Assembly (NCBI GenBank): GCA_934541115.1
Contig: CAKTDF010000002.1
Span: 20,630-84,629, forward strand
Reading direction: 5' to 3'
From: an uncultured Eubacteriales bacterium
Lineage (GTDB): Bacteria; Bacillota; Clostridia; Oscillospirales; Acutalibacteraceae
DNA: 64,000 bases
Part shown: piece by piece, positions 37,103-46,831 of the stretch
Position numbering within the stretch: the first letter of the stretch is position 1
How the letters are laid out: each line of letters opens with the position of its first letter
Made by a program: the position numbers and the translations under genes
The notes under the pieces: generated by a model
What the model was told of the DNA's origin: nothing
Databases searched by the model: none
Seen by the model: only the letters and a program-made list of their open reading frames with translations

Positions 37103-39556
37103 ATGGAACAGGTTATCGCCGGTATCGCCGTTGAGAATGTTTCATATCATTTTGATATTTTATACGGCTATATTGTTCCTAAAGAGCTTCAGCAGAAAGC
37201 TAAGGTCGGTTCAAGGGTGATTGTCGGTTTTTCAAAAGGCAATTCAAAACGTCAAGGGATAATTTTCAGTTTTGAGAGAGCAGAAAAAGGCAAAAGATAC
37301 AAGAAAATCCTTGATGTTATCGATGACGAGCCCCTTATGACATCTGAAATGATCGAGCTTGCGGTGTATCTGAAAGACAGAACTTTCTGCACATATTTTG
37401 AAGCGGCAAAAGTTCAGCTCCCCGCCGGTTTCGGATATAAACTCAATGTTACTTATGTCGCACTCGAACGTGATACGTCGAAGATAAATTTGTCGCCCGA
37501 TGAGCAGACAGTATATGACTATATGCTTGATAAGGTCTGTTATCAGTCAAAACGGAAAATTCTTTCTGATTGCGGTCTGTCCGAAAACTGCGGTGTACTT
37601 GAAAAGTTGATTTCAAAGGGTTTGGTTGAAAAAAACACAGATGCCTCAAAACAAATCGGTGAGCTGTCTGTTAAAACTGCAGTGCTCACAAAAAAAGCCG
37701 AGGAACCGGGAGCATCTTCTCAACTTACAAAAAAGCAAGCGGGCGTTTTGTCTGTGCTTCATGATGTCGGCTCGGCACAAGTTAAGGAGCTTTGCGCCAT
37801 TACCGGCGTTTCCGCCGCAGTTGTCAAAGCACTTGAAAAGAAAGAGCTTCTCAGCATCATTGACAGCACTGCTTATCGCATACCAAAAACTGCCCACATT
37901 GATGTTAATGCTGCCCGTGATATTTGTTTGACCGAAATGCAAAACAAGGCATATGCAGAACTTCTTGAAAAATACAGGAACGGCGGCGGTGTTTCGCTTT
38001 TATACGGCGTGACCGGCAGCGGAAAGACATCTGTCTTTCTTAAATTGATTGATAACGTCGTTTATGACGGTAAAAATGTTATTGTCATGGTTCCGGAGAT
38101 ATCGCTCACACCGCAAATGATGGCACTTTTTAAGGGACGATACGGTGAACGCGTTGCAATTTTCCATTCAGCGCTTTCTATGGGCGAGCGCAAGGACGAG
38201 TATCGCAGAGTTATGAAAGGCTTGGCTCAAATTGTTGTCGGAACTCGTTCCGCTGTATTCGCCCCATTTGAGAATATCGGGCTTATCGTCATTGATGAAG
38301 AGCAGGAGCACACATATAAGTCTGAATCCTCGCCGAGATATCACGCGCGAGACATTGCAAAGTTCAGGGCAAAATGGCACAAGGCACTGCTGCTGCTTTC
38401 TTCTGCAACGCCAAGCATTGAGAGCTATTCGCTTGCTAAAAAAGGCATATATTCGCTTGAAACTCTTACTGAACGATATGGCGACGCCGTCCTTCCGGAT
38501 GTGTCTGTTATAGACATGAAAGAAGACAGAAAACGCGGGAACAAGCATTATATCAGTATTGAACTTATTGAAAGGCTGCGCCGTAACCTTGATGACAAAC
38601 GTCAGTCAATTCTGCTGATCAACAGGCGTGGTTACAATACTTTTGTTGCCTGCGACAGTTGCGGCACCGTGATGACTTGCCCGTTCTGCAGTATTTCGCT
38701 GACATTTCATATGGTCAATAAAAAATTGATGTGTCATTACTGCGGCTACACAACAGAGTTCAAAACGCGGTGCGAAAGCTGCGGAAAAGAAAATGTTCGA
38801 TATGCCGGATATGGTACTCAGCGCATTGAAGAGGAGCTTAGATTGTTGCTTCCCGAAGCAAGGGTGCTCAGAATGGATACTGATTCAAATTCCGGTAGAT
38901 ATTCTTTTGAAAAAAATCTGACCGACTTTGGAAACAATAAATATGACATAATGCTCGGCACGCAAATGGTTGCAAAGGGGCTTAACTTTGAAAATGTTAC
39001 GCTTGTCGGTGTAATAAATGCGGATCAGCAGCTTAATAATGATGATTTTCGCAGTGAGGAACTGACGTTCGATCTTCTGACACAGGTTGTCGGTCGCGCC
39101 GGACGCGGCAGACACAAGGGTGAAGCTGTTATTCAGACATTGACCCCGGAAAACAGCGTTATTCAATTAGCAAAAGATCAAGATTATCCCTCTTTCTTTA
39201 AAAATGAAATAGCAATCAGAAAAATGATGACATATCCGCCGTTTTGTGATATTTGCTGCGTATATACCATCAGCGAAAACGAGGCAAAGGCTCTGTCTGC
39301 GGCAAGGATGTTTTTTAATGAATTTACTGATATTGTTAATGAAAACAGAAAAGAACTCAAGGTAATTGTTCTCCCCGTTATGCCGCCACGAGTTTCAAAA
39401 GTGAACAACAAATATAGATATAGGATAATAATTAAATGTAGAAACAACGCGGCATTTCGCAGCGTGATTTCAAAGTTGCTCGTAAAGTTCGGAGCGAGCA
39501 GTGCCTTTTCGGATGTTACAGTTTTTGCGGATATGAATCCGCAGACGCTTGTTTGA
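37103..39556 (+). CDS. priA: Primosomal protein N' (replication restart helicase PriA)
   Basis: Walker A GVTGSGKT, DEEQEH, and Cys-rich zinc region CDSCG...CPFC...CHYCG...CESCG. I prefer the ATG at 37103 over the GTG at 37094 because of RBS spacing. Confidence 0.95.
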   Translation: MEQVIAGIAVENVSYHFDILYGYIVPKELQQKAKVGSRVIVGFSKGNSKRQGIIFSFERAEKGKRYKKILDVIDDEPLMTSEMIELAVYLKDRTFCTYFEAAKVQLPAGFGYKLNVTYVALERDTSKINLSPDEQTVYDYMLDKVCYQSKRKILSDCGLSENCGVLEKLISKGLVEKNTDASKQIGELSVKTAVLTKKAEEPGASSQLTKKQAGVLSVLHDVGSAQVKELCAITGVSAAVVKALEKKELLSIIDSTAYRIPKTAHIDVNAARDICLTEMQNKAYAELLEKYRNGGGVSLLYGVTGSGKTSVFLKLIDNVVYDGKNVIVMVPEISLTPQMMALFKGRYGERVAIFHSALSMGERKDEYRRVMKGLAQIVVGTRSAVFAPFENIGLIVIDEEQEHTYKSESSPRYHARDIAKFRAKWHKALLLLSSATPSIESYSLAKKGIYSLETLTERYGDAVLPDVSVIDMKEDRKRGNKHYISIELIERLRRNLDDKRQSILLINRRGYNTFVACDSCGTVMTCPFCSISLTFHMVNKKLMCHYCGYTTEFKTRCESCGKENVRYAGYGTQRIEEELRLLLPEARVLRMDTDSNSGRYSFEKNLTDFGNNKYDIMLGTQMVAKGLNFENVTLVGVINADQQLNNDDFRSEELTFDLLTQVVGRAGRGRHKGEAVIQTLTPENSVIQLAKDQDYPSFFKNEIAIRKMMTYPPFCDICCVYTISENEAKALSAARMFFNEFTDIVNENRKELKVIVLPVMPPRVSKVNNKYRYRIIIKCRNNAAFRSVISKLLVKFGASSAFSDVTVFADMNPQTLV

Positions 39557-39665
39557 GGAAACACCGGTTGACTGCTAAGGCGTTTCCTCAAAAAGTATTA
39601 AGTATTGAACACTGACCGCCACATCGTGTTCAATGAAAAAACGGTGGCAGGAGGCTGTTAAAGTT

Positions 39666-40148
39666 ATGGCTATCAGAAATATAGTTACCATCAAAGACCC
39701 GGTTTTGAGAAAAATAAGCAGAAAGGTCGAAAAATTTGACGAGAAGCTTTGGATGCTTCTTGACGATATGAAAGATACTCTTAAAAAAGCTGACGGGGTC
39801 GGTCTTGCGGCAGTGCAGGTAGGCATTCTCAGAAGAGTTGTTATCGTAGACGTTGGCGACGGGGAACCGCTTGAACTCATCAACCCGGAAATTGTTGAAA
39901 CCGATGGCGAACAAGAGGGTCAGGAAGGTTGTCTTTCACTTCCGGAGCAATGGGGAATTGTTTGCAGACCGAACTTTGTTAAGGTGCGCGCCCAGAACAG
40001 AAACGGACGTTGGCGTTTTTATGAGGGCGAAGGTCTTAAGGCGCGTTGTTTTTGTCATGAGATTGACCATCTTGACGGTATAGTGTTCACGGACAGAGTA
40101 AAAAAGATGCTCACCGAGGAAGATATTCGGCACATGAATAATAATTGA
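39666..40148 (+). CDS. def: Peptide deformylase
   Basis: GVGLAAVQVG, EGCLS and HEIDHLDG. The ATG at 39666 has an AGGAGG RBS. Confidence 0.95.
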   Translation: MAIRNIVTIKDPVLRKISRKVEKFDEKLWMLLDDMKDTLKKADGVGLAAVQVGILRRVVIVDVGDGEPLELINPEIVETDGEQEGQEGCLSLPEQWGIVCRPNFVKVRAQNRNGRWRFYEGEGLKARCFCHEIDHLDGIVFTDRVKKMLTEEDIRHMNNN

Positions 40149-40158
40149 GGTGTTATAA

Positions 40159-41091
40159 ATGCGTATAGTTTTTATGGGTACTCCGGATTTTTCGGTTGAA
40201 TGCCTTAAAGCCCTTGTCAATTCAAATCATGAAGTTGTCGGCGTTTTTTGTCAGCCGGATAAACCGGTTGGTAGAAAACAGGAGCTTAAAATGCCCGATG
40301 TTAAGATTGAAGCGCTCAAGCATAATCTGCCTGTTTTTCAGCCGACGACGCTAAAAAACGGAAAAGGTGTTGAACTTCTGGAGCAACTTGCGCCTGATTT
40401 AATAATTGTGGTCGCCTACGGCAGAATTCTTCCACCGGACTTCTTAAATTACCCAAAATATGGCTGCATTAACATACACGCTTCGATTTTACCAAAATAC
40501 CGCGGTGCATCTCCGATTCATCACAGTGTTCTCAACGGAGACGCAGAAACAGGTGTAACTTCAATGCAGATGGACGAAGGTGTTGACACCGGTGATATTC
40601 TTCTAATCAAAAAAATACCGATCGGCATAAATGATACAACGCTCGAAATGTTTGAAAAGCTTTCTGTTCTTGGTGCTGAGGTTCTTATGGAAACGATAGA
40701 CCTTCTTGAAAAAGGTGAACTTAAACCTGTCAAGCAAAATAACGCCGAGGCAACTCATGCGGGTCTTCTTTCAAAAGAAGAGGGCGAGATTGATTGGAAT
40801 CAGAGTGCTCTTTCCGTACACAATAAAATCCGAGGTCTTTACAATTGGCCCGGAGCATATACAAAATTGGGCGGAAAAATTTTAAAGCTGCATAAAGCAG
40901 TTTTGAGCGATGAAAAGGGAAACAATAATCCCGGTGAGGTTGTTGGTGCTCATGATAAAATTGTTGTTTCCTGTGGAGATGGGCATTGCGTTGAACTCCT
41001 TGAGCTCCAGCTTGAGGGAAAAAAGCGAATGGATTCAGTTTCTTTTTTGAACGGACGTCAAATAGCTGTTGGAACTGTCTTAGGAAAATAA
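40159..41091 (+). CDS. fmt: Methionyl-tRNA formyltransferase
   Basis: MRIVFMGTPDFS start, HASILPKYRGASPI, and position after def. Confidence 0.95.
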   Translation: MRIVFMGTPDFSVECLKALVNSNHEVVGVFCQPDKPVGRKQELKMPDVKIEALKHNLPVFQPTTLKNGKGVELLEQLAPDLIIVVAYGRILPPDFLNYPKYGCINIHASILPKYRGASPIHHSVLNGDAETGVTSMQMDEGVDTGDILLIKKIPIGINDTTLEMFEKLSVLGAEVLMETIDLLEKGELKPVKQNNAEATHAGLLSKEEGEIDWNQSALSVHNKIRGLYNWPGAYTKLGGKILKLHKAVLSDEKGNNNPGEVVGAHDKIVVSCGDGHCVELLELQLEGKKRMDSVSFLNGRQIAVGTVLGK

Positions 41092-41103
41092 AGGAGGTAT
41101 ATC

Positions 41104-41790
41104 ATGATCTGGTATGATTACTACTATCTGATTCTTGTTGTGCCCGCACTTATTCTTTCATTGATTGCTCAGGTCAGTGTTAAAAGCACATATAAAAGCA
41201 TGTCAAGAATACAAAATTCAAGGAACATCACAGGTGCTGATGCCGCCGCAAGAGTCCTTTCATATTACGGAATAAACAACGTCAGGATTGAGCCTGTCAA
41301 CGGAGAACTTACCGATCATTACGATCCGCGTGCAAATGTCATTCGGCTCTCATCAAAGGTCTTTTCCGGTTCCTCAATTGCTGCGGTCGGCATTGCATGC
41401 CATGAAGCAGGTCACGCAGCGCAGCACGCCCAAAACTATTCTCCGATAAAAGTAAGGAATGCAATTTTGCCTTTTGCCAATATCGGTTCCTCAGCCGGTA
41501 TATGGATTGCGATAATCGGATATTTTCTTAACTTTGGTTTGCTTATCGATATAGGCATAATTCTTTTTGCTGCAGTTGTGCTTTTTCAGCTTGTAACTTT
41601 GCCGATTGAATTCAATGCAAGTTTAAGAGCTATGAAAGTTATTGATGAGACAGGAATGCTGAATTCTGAGGAACAAAAAGGAACGAAAAAAGTTCTCACT
41701 GCCGCAGCTATGACCTATGTTGCCGCTCTGATTGTTTCGATAATGTCTCTTTTGAGACTGATTTTGAGGTTTAGGTCGAGAAATGATTAA
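41104..41790 (+). CDS. Putative neutral zinc metallopeptidase (YugP-like membrane protein)
   Basis: HEAGHAAQH zinc motif, hydrophobic N- and C-terminal segments, 228 aa. Confidence 0.82.
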   Translation: MIWYDYYYLILVVPALILSLIAQVSVKSTYKSMSRIQNSRNITGADAAARVLSYYGINNVRIEPVNGELTDHYDPRANVIRLSSKVFSGSSIAAVGIACHEAGHAAQHAQNYSPIKVRNAILPFANIGSSAGIWIAIIGYFLNFGLLIDIGIILFAAVVLFQLVTLPIEFNASLRAMKVIDETGMLNSEEQKGTKKVLTAAAMTYVAALIVSIMSLLRLILRFRSRND

Positions 41791-43114
41791 AAATATAAAA
41801 AGAACAACTGCAAGACAAGTTGCATACGACGTTTTGCTAAAGGTTAATAAGGAGAGAGCATACTCAAACCTTGCTCTTGATTGCTCACTCAAAAGCAGTG
41901 CTCTTGAACTTCGTGATAAAGCGTTTGTTTCGGCCTTGGTTTATGGAGTGATAGAACGTCAGATAACAATTGATTATGTTCTTTCACTTTATCTCTCGAA
42001 GCCACTTTCAAGAATGAAAGCCGAGCCTCTCACGGTGTTACGTCTCGGTGCCTTTCAAATTCTTTTTTCGTCAAGTATCCCTGATTCGGCTGCGGTCAAT
42101 GAGAGTGTAAAGCTTTCAAAAGCAAGTGGATTTTCTTATGCGTCCGGAATGATAAATGCCGTTTTGCGAAAAGTTTCAAAAAACGGGTTGACGCTTCCCG
42201 ATGAAGAAAACAGAGCGCTTTATCTAAGTGTTAAATGTTCGTGTCCGCAGTGGCTGGTTGAAAAATGGCTTTTGGAATACGGCGAAAAAAATACACTTTC
42301 TGTTCTCAATCACTCTTTAGGCGGAAACAAATTGACTGTAAGAGTGAACACACTCAAAACCACAGCCGAGGAATTAAAGAACGGATTTGAAAGCAAAGGT
42401 CACATTTGTGAAAATGGCTTTTTAAAAAACAGTTTGGTTCTTTCCTTGTCCGGAGTAGCCATTGATGAAACAGATGAGTACAAAAAAGGGCTATTTCACG
42501 TTCAGGGCGTTCCGTCTCAACTGTGTGCCGAAGCAGTGTGCGCAAAAGAGGGCGAGACAGTTTTTGATTTGTGCAGTGCTCCCGGAGGAAAGGCTTTCAC
42601 AATTTCAGAAATTATGAACAACAAAGGCACTGTCAAAGCTTTTGATTTATATGAGAGCAGAACACGTTTGATTGAAAAAGGAGCGGAGCGCCTCGGAATC
42701 GGTATAATTATCGCATCGGTTGCCGATGCAACGGTTTTTGAACCTGCTTTGGGTCTTGCTGATAAAGTTTTATGTGATGTTCCGTGCTCCGGTTTGGGAA
42801 TAATTTCAAAAAAGCCGGAAATCAAGTATAAAAATGAAAATGAATTGGAATCGTTGCCGTCTATCCAGTACAGTATTCTCGAAAACGGTTCAAAATATGT
42901 AAGATTCGGCGGAAGATTGATTTATTCAACATGCACATTGAGCAAGGCAGAAAATGAGGAAGTTTGCATGCGTTTTCTCAATAATCACAGCGATTTTGTT
43001 GCAGTTTCTCCATTGCCGGAACGTGATGCCGAATGTTTTTTAACATTTTTTCCAAGTGATAATAACAGCGACGGCTTTTTTATCGCCGCTTTTGAAAGAA
43101 AGGACAAAAAGTGA
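41783..43114 (+). CDS. rsmB: 16S rRNA (cytosine967-C5)-methyltransferase
   Basis: NusB-like N-terminal domain, SAM site DLCSAPGGK, and DVPCSGLG ... YSTCT catalytic cysteines. Confidence 0.92.
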   Translation: MIKNIKRTTARQVAYDVLLKVNKERAYSNLALDCSLKSSALELRDKAFVSALVYGVIERQITIDYVLSLYLSKPLSRMKAEPLTVLRLGAFQILFSSSIPDSAAVNESVKLSKASGFSYASGMINAVLRKVSKNGLTLPDEENRALYLSVKCSCPQWLVEKWLLEYGEKNTLSVLNHSLGGNKLTVRVNTLKTTAEELKNGFESKGHICENGFLKNSLVLSLSGVAIDETDEYKKGLFHVQGVPSQLCAEAVCAKEGETVFDLCSAPGGKAFTISEIMNNKGTVKAFDLYESRTRLIEKGAERLGIGIIIASVADATVFEPALGLADKVLCDVPCSGLGIISKKPEIKYKNENELESLPSIQYSILENGSKYVRFGGRLIYSTCTLSKAENEEVCMRFLNNHSDFVAVSPLPERDAECFLTFFPSDNNSDGFFIAAFERKDKK

Positions 43115-44139
43115 AAAAAGATATAAAGTCCATGACGCTTTCTGAATTAAAGGAAGATATACAGCTTTTGGGCGGAAAGCAATATCTCTCGTTTCAAATA
43201 TATTCATGGTTACATAAAAAAACAGTGTCTTCATTTGACGAGATGACGAATATTTCAAAAGCAATGAGAGAAAAGCTGAAAGAATTTTACAATATTTCAG
43301 ATTGCACTATTGAAAAAAAATTGGTTTCAGTGTATGATGAAACAGTTAAGTACCTTTTTAAGCTCGGCGACGGCGAATATATTGAGTCCGTTGTTATGAA
43401 GTATAAGTACGGATATACTATCTGTGTTTCGAGTCAGGTTGGTTGCAAAATGGGCTGTAGGTTCTGCGCTTCAGGAATTGCCGGATTTGTGCGTAATCTT
43501 CTTCCGGGAGAGATTCTTTCTCAGGTGTATACCGCTCAAAAAGATCTTGATATCAAGATATCCCATATTGTTATGATGGGTGTTGGTGAGCCGCTTGATA
43601 ATTTTGACAATGTTATGAAATTTCTCGAGATAATCAGCGATGAAAACGGTCAAAATGTCGGAATGAGAAACATTTCGCTCTCTACTTGCGGCGTTGTCAG
43701 CGGTATTTATAAATTGTTAGAAAAAAAGCTTCAGCTCACTCTTTCGATTTCACTTCATGCGCCGAGCGACGAGATCAGAAATCAAACAATGCCTGTGAAT
43801 TCAAAATGGAACATTGATGTTTTGCTCTCTGCATGCCGTGATTACATAAAAGCTACGGGACGGAGAATTTCTTTTGAGTATGCAATGATATGCGGTGTCA
43901 ATGACAGTGATGAATGTGCAAAATTGCTTGCCTCAAAACTTAAAGGAATGCTTTGTCATGTTAATTTAATACCCGTCAACTCCGTCAAGGAGCGTAACTT
44001 TGTAAAAAGCAGCAGCGAACGCATGGAGTCATTCATAAGGATACTTGAGAAAAACAAAATCAATGTCACTGTTCGCCGCACATTGGGCAGCGATATAAAC
44101 GCTTCCTGCGGACAACTGAGACGGGGAGTAAAAAAATAA
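43111..44139 (+). CDS. rlmN: 23S rRNA (adenine2503-C2)-methyltransferase (radical SAM)
   Basis: VSSQVGCKMGCRFCASG radical-SAM cluster and GVGEPLDN. GTG start overlapping the rsmB stop. Confidence 0.93.
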   Translation: MKKDIKSMTLSELKEDIQLLGGKQYLSFQIYSWLHKKTVSSFDEMTNISKAMREKLKEFYNISDCTIEKKLVSVYDETVKYLFKLGDGEYIESVVMKYKYGYTICVSSQVGCKMGCRFCASGIAGFVRNLLPGEILSQVYTAQKDLDIKISHIVMMGVGEPLDNFDNVMKFLEIISDENGQNVGMRNISLSTCGVVSGIYKLLEKKLQLTLSISLHAPSDEIRNQTMPVNSKWNIDVLLSACRDYIKATGRRISFEYAMICGVNDSDECAKLLASKLKGMLCHVNLIPVNSVKERNFVKSSSERMESFIRILEKNKINVTVRRTLGSDINASCGQLRRGVKK

Positions 44140-44176
44140 AAGATGCTTGAATATTCATCGGAGGTGAACACAGCGT

Positions 44177-44905
44177 ATGAAGATTGTAGGCAATTCCGAT
44201 ATCGGACGCGTCAGGACGACCAATGAGGACGCATTTCGATTTGGCAAATATGAAGACGGCTCGGTATGGGCTATTGTTTGCGACGGTATGGGCGGCGCCT
44301 TAGGCGGAAAGCTCGCCAGTTCCCTTGCTGCCGATATGGTGAGCAGAAAAATTGAAAAAAGCTATAACCGCTCTATGTCCGGCGTTTCAATTGAAAATAT
44401 GCTTCTTTCAGCTATCACAACTGCCAATGTAACTGTTTTTGACAGGGCAGCGGTTGACAGCAGTGTTCACGGCATGGGTACCACTATAGTTGCCTGTGTT
44501 ATCAAAGATTCGGTTGCCTGCATTGCCCATGTCGGCGACAGCAGGGCATACATAATAAGTGATGGAGACATTTCGCAGATAACCAAGGATCATTCTCTTG
44601 TTCAAGAGATGCTTGATCAAGGTCAGATCACAAAGGAACAATTTGATAATCACCCGATCAAAAACATTATTACGCGGGCGCTTGGCGTCGAAGAGAATAT
44701 AGACATTGATTTTGATTATATTGATGTTGGCGACGGTGATGTGATTCTCCTTTGTTCTGACGGACTCAGCGGACTTGTCAGCCGCGATGAACTTTTAAAA
44801 ATTTATCTGAATTCGGAATTTGACGCTTTGTGTGATAACTATATTGATGCTGCCAACAGCAATGGCGGACGCGACAACATTACTGTTGTTGCCGTCAAAT
44901 GTTAA
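44177..44905 (+). CDS. prpC: PP2C-family Ser/Thr protein phosphatase (Stp/PrpC)
   Basis: GRVRTTNEDAF, VCDGMGG, LLCSDGL and RDNITVV. It sits upstream of prkC. Confidence 0.93.
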   Translation: MKIVGNSDIGRVRTTNEDAFRFGKYEDGSVWAIVCDGMGGALGGKLASSLAADMVSRKIEKSYNRSMSGVSIENMLLSAITTANVTVFDRAAVDSSVHGMGTTIVACVIKDSVACIAHVGDSRAYIISDGDISQITKDHSLVQEMLDQGQITKEQFDNHPIKNIITRALGVEENIDIDFDYIDVGDGDVILLCSDGLSGLVSRDELLKIYLNSEFDALCDNYIDAANSNGGRDNITVVAVKC

Positions 44906-44918
44906 GGAGTGAATAACC

Positions 44919-46808
44919 ATGGAAAACTATGTTGGAAAAAGACTTGACGGACGTTATGAGATCATAGAGATTATCGGCGTCGGCGGTATGGCAGTTGTTT
45001 ATAAAGCGTTTGACAGTATAGATAACAGGATAGTTGCCGTTAAAGTATTAAAAGATGAATATTTGAGAAACGAGGAATTCAGACGCAGATTTAGAAATGA
45101 GTCAAAGGCGATTGCCCTTCTTTCTCATCCGAATATTGTAAAAATTTATGATGTCAGCTATGGTGATAATCTTCAGTATATCGTCATGGAGTACGTCGAA
45201 GGCATCACTCTTAAAGAGTACATTGAACAACAAGGCAGGCTCGACATACGTGAGGCGGTTTATTTTATTACACAAATTCTGCGCGCTCTGCAGCATGCAC
45301 ATGATAAGGGAATTGTCCACCGCGACATTAAGCCGCAGAACATTCTTCTCATTTCCGACGGCACTATAAAAGTTACCGATTTCGGGATTGCACGCTTTAG
45401 CCGCAGCGAGACCAGAACCATGACAGAAGGAGCCATCGGTTCTGTCCATTATATAAGTCCGGAGCAGGCAAAAGGCAGTATTACAGACGCCAAAACCGAT
45501 CTGTATTCTGCAGGTGTTGTTCTTTATGAAATGCTGACCGGAAAGCTTCCGTTCCAGTCGGATAATGCCGTTTCTGTTGCGTTGATGCAGTTGCAGAAAG
45601 ATCCCGTTATGCCGCGCGATATAAATCCGGATATACCGATCGGTCTTGAGCAAATTGTGATCAGAGCAATGCAGAAAAATCCGAACGACAGATATCAGTC
45701 AGCCTCGGAAATGCTGATGGATATAGCTGAGTTCAAAAAGAATCCGAATATTAAGTTTGATTATTCGTATTTTGTTGATAAACAGCCGACAAAATATATT
45801 CCGATTGTCAATACGCCCATAGCCGATGCTGAAATACCTAAATCCAAAGCCACAGCACCTGCAAAGCAAAGTCGGAATGATGCAGAATACAATTCGAAAC
45901 GAAAAACTATCGGACTGCTTTGCGGAATATTGGGTGCCTTGATTCTGTTTTCAATCGTGATTATAGCCCTTGTTCTGCCGGACAAGAACAAAATTGACGT
46001 ACCCAATCTCATTGGCAAGAATTTTGTCAGTGACGTTATGAACGCCGAAGAGTACAAAGATAAATTTGAATTTGAATGCTTAAAAGATGCAACGAGCGAT
46101 CAGCCTAACGGCACTATTATTGATCAATCTCCGAAGAGCGGAAAAATCAAGGTCGGAGGAAAAATTACTTTATACATTTCCGAAGTTTCAAACGAAGTTG
46201 AGGTTCCGGATGTATACGGTTATGAATACGCTTCTGCAGAGTCTTTTTTGAAAAGCAAAAATTTTGACGTCAAAATCGAAAAGCTTAAAAGCGAAACAGC
46301 AGAAACCGGCACTGTTGTAAAAACAAAGCCGGCACGCGGAAAGATGGTGGAGGAAGGCTCTCTTATAACGATATATGTTGCCACTTCTGCCGAAGATGAA
46401 TTGGTTGATGTACCGAGTCTGATTGGTATGACTGTCTCGCAGGCTGAGGAAGAGCTGAAAAAGGTCGGTCTTGAGCTTGACAGTGCGCGAACCGAATATC
46501 GCAGCAGCACCGAAGAAAAAGGCAAAATAATCGGTTATGAAAATCTTGGTCAACAGGTTCCCTTGGGAACAAAGATTGCCGTTTATGTCAGCACCGGCGA
46601 GCTTCCTACACAGAGCACTACCGAATCTACAACGGAATCCACGACCGAGCGCAAAACAGAAACAACAACGACAAAGCCCACTACAACAACCAAGCCCCCG
46701 GAGCCAAAAACCGAGCCGACGACTGAAAAGCCCGAAACAACGGAACGTAAAACCACTTTGCCACCGAAATCAAGCGAAGACAGCGGTGACAAGCCCGCAA
46801 TTGAATAA
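44919..46808 (+). CDS. prkC: Ser/Thr protein kinase PrkC/PknB with TM segment, three PASTA repeats and a Thr/Pro/Glu-rich tail
   Basis: Kinase motifs GVGGMAVVYKA, HRDIKPQN and DFG. A TM segment lies near residue 340, and three ~65-aa PASTA-like units follow. Confidence 0.95.
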   Translation: MENYVGKRLDGRYEIIEIIGVGGMAVVYKAFDSIDNRIVAVKVLKDEYLRNEEFRRRFRNESKAIALLSHPNIVKIYDVSYGDNLQYIVMEYVEGITLKEYIEQQGRLDIREAVYFITQILRALQHAHDKGIVHRDIKPQNILLISDGTIKVTDFGIARFSRSETRTMTEGAIGSVHYISPEQAKGSITDAKTDLYSAGVVLYEMLTGKLPFQSDNAVSVALMQLQKDPVMPRDINPDIPIGLEQIVIRAMQKNPNDRYQSASEMLMDIAEFKKNPNIKFDYSYFVDKQPTKYIPIVNTPIADAEIPKSKATAPAKQSRNDAEYNSKRKTIGLLCGILGALILFSIVIIALVLPDKNKIDVPNLIGKNFVSDVMNAEEYKDKFEFECLKDATSDQPNGTIIDQSPKSGKIKVGGKITLYISEVSNEVEVPDVYGYEYASAESFLKSKNFDVKIEKLKSETAETGTVVKTKPARGKMVEEGSLITIYVATSAEDELVDVPSLIGMTVSQAEEELKKVGLELDSARTEYRSSTEEKGKIIGYENLGQQVPLGTKIAVYVSTGELPTQSTTESTTESTTERKTETTTTKPTTTTKPPEPKTEPTTEKPETTERKTTLPPKSSEDSGDKPAIE

Positions 46809-46831
46809 AATGTTTTTCTGAGAGGTTATAC

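Noticed and set aside
45102-45653. A 183-aa minus-strand ORF inside the prkC kinase domain.
   Set aside because: It lies entirely antisense to the highly conserved kinase catalytic core. It has no RBS and no motifs.
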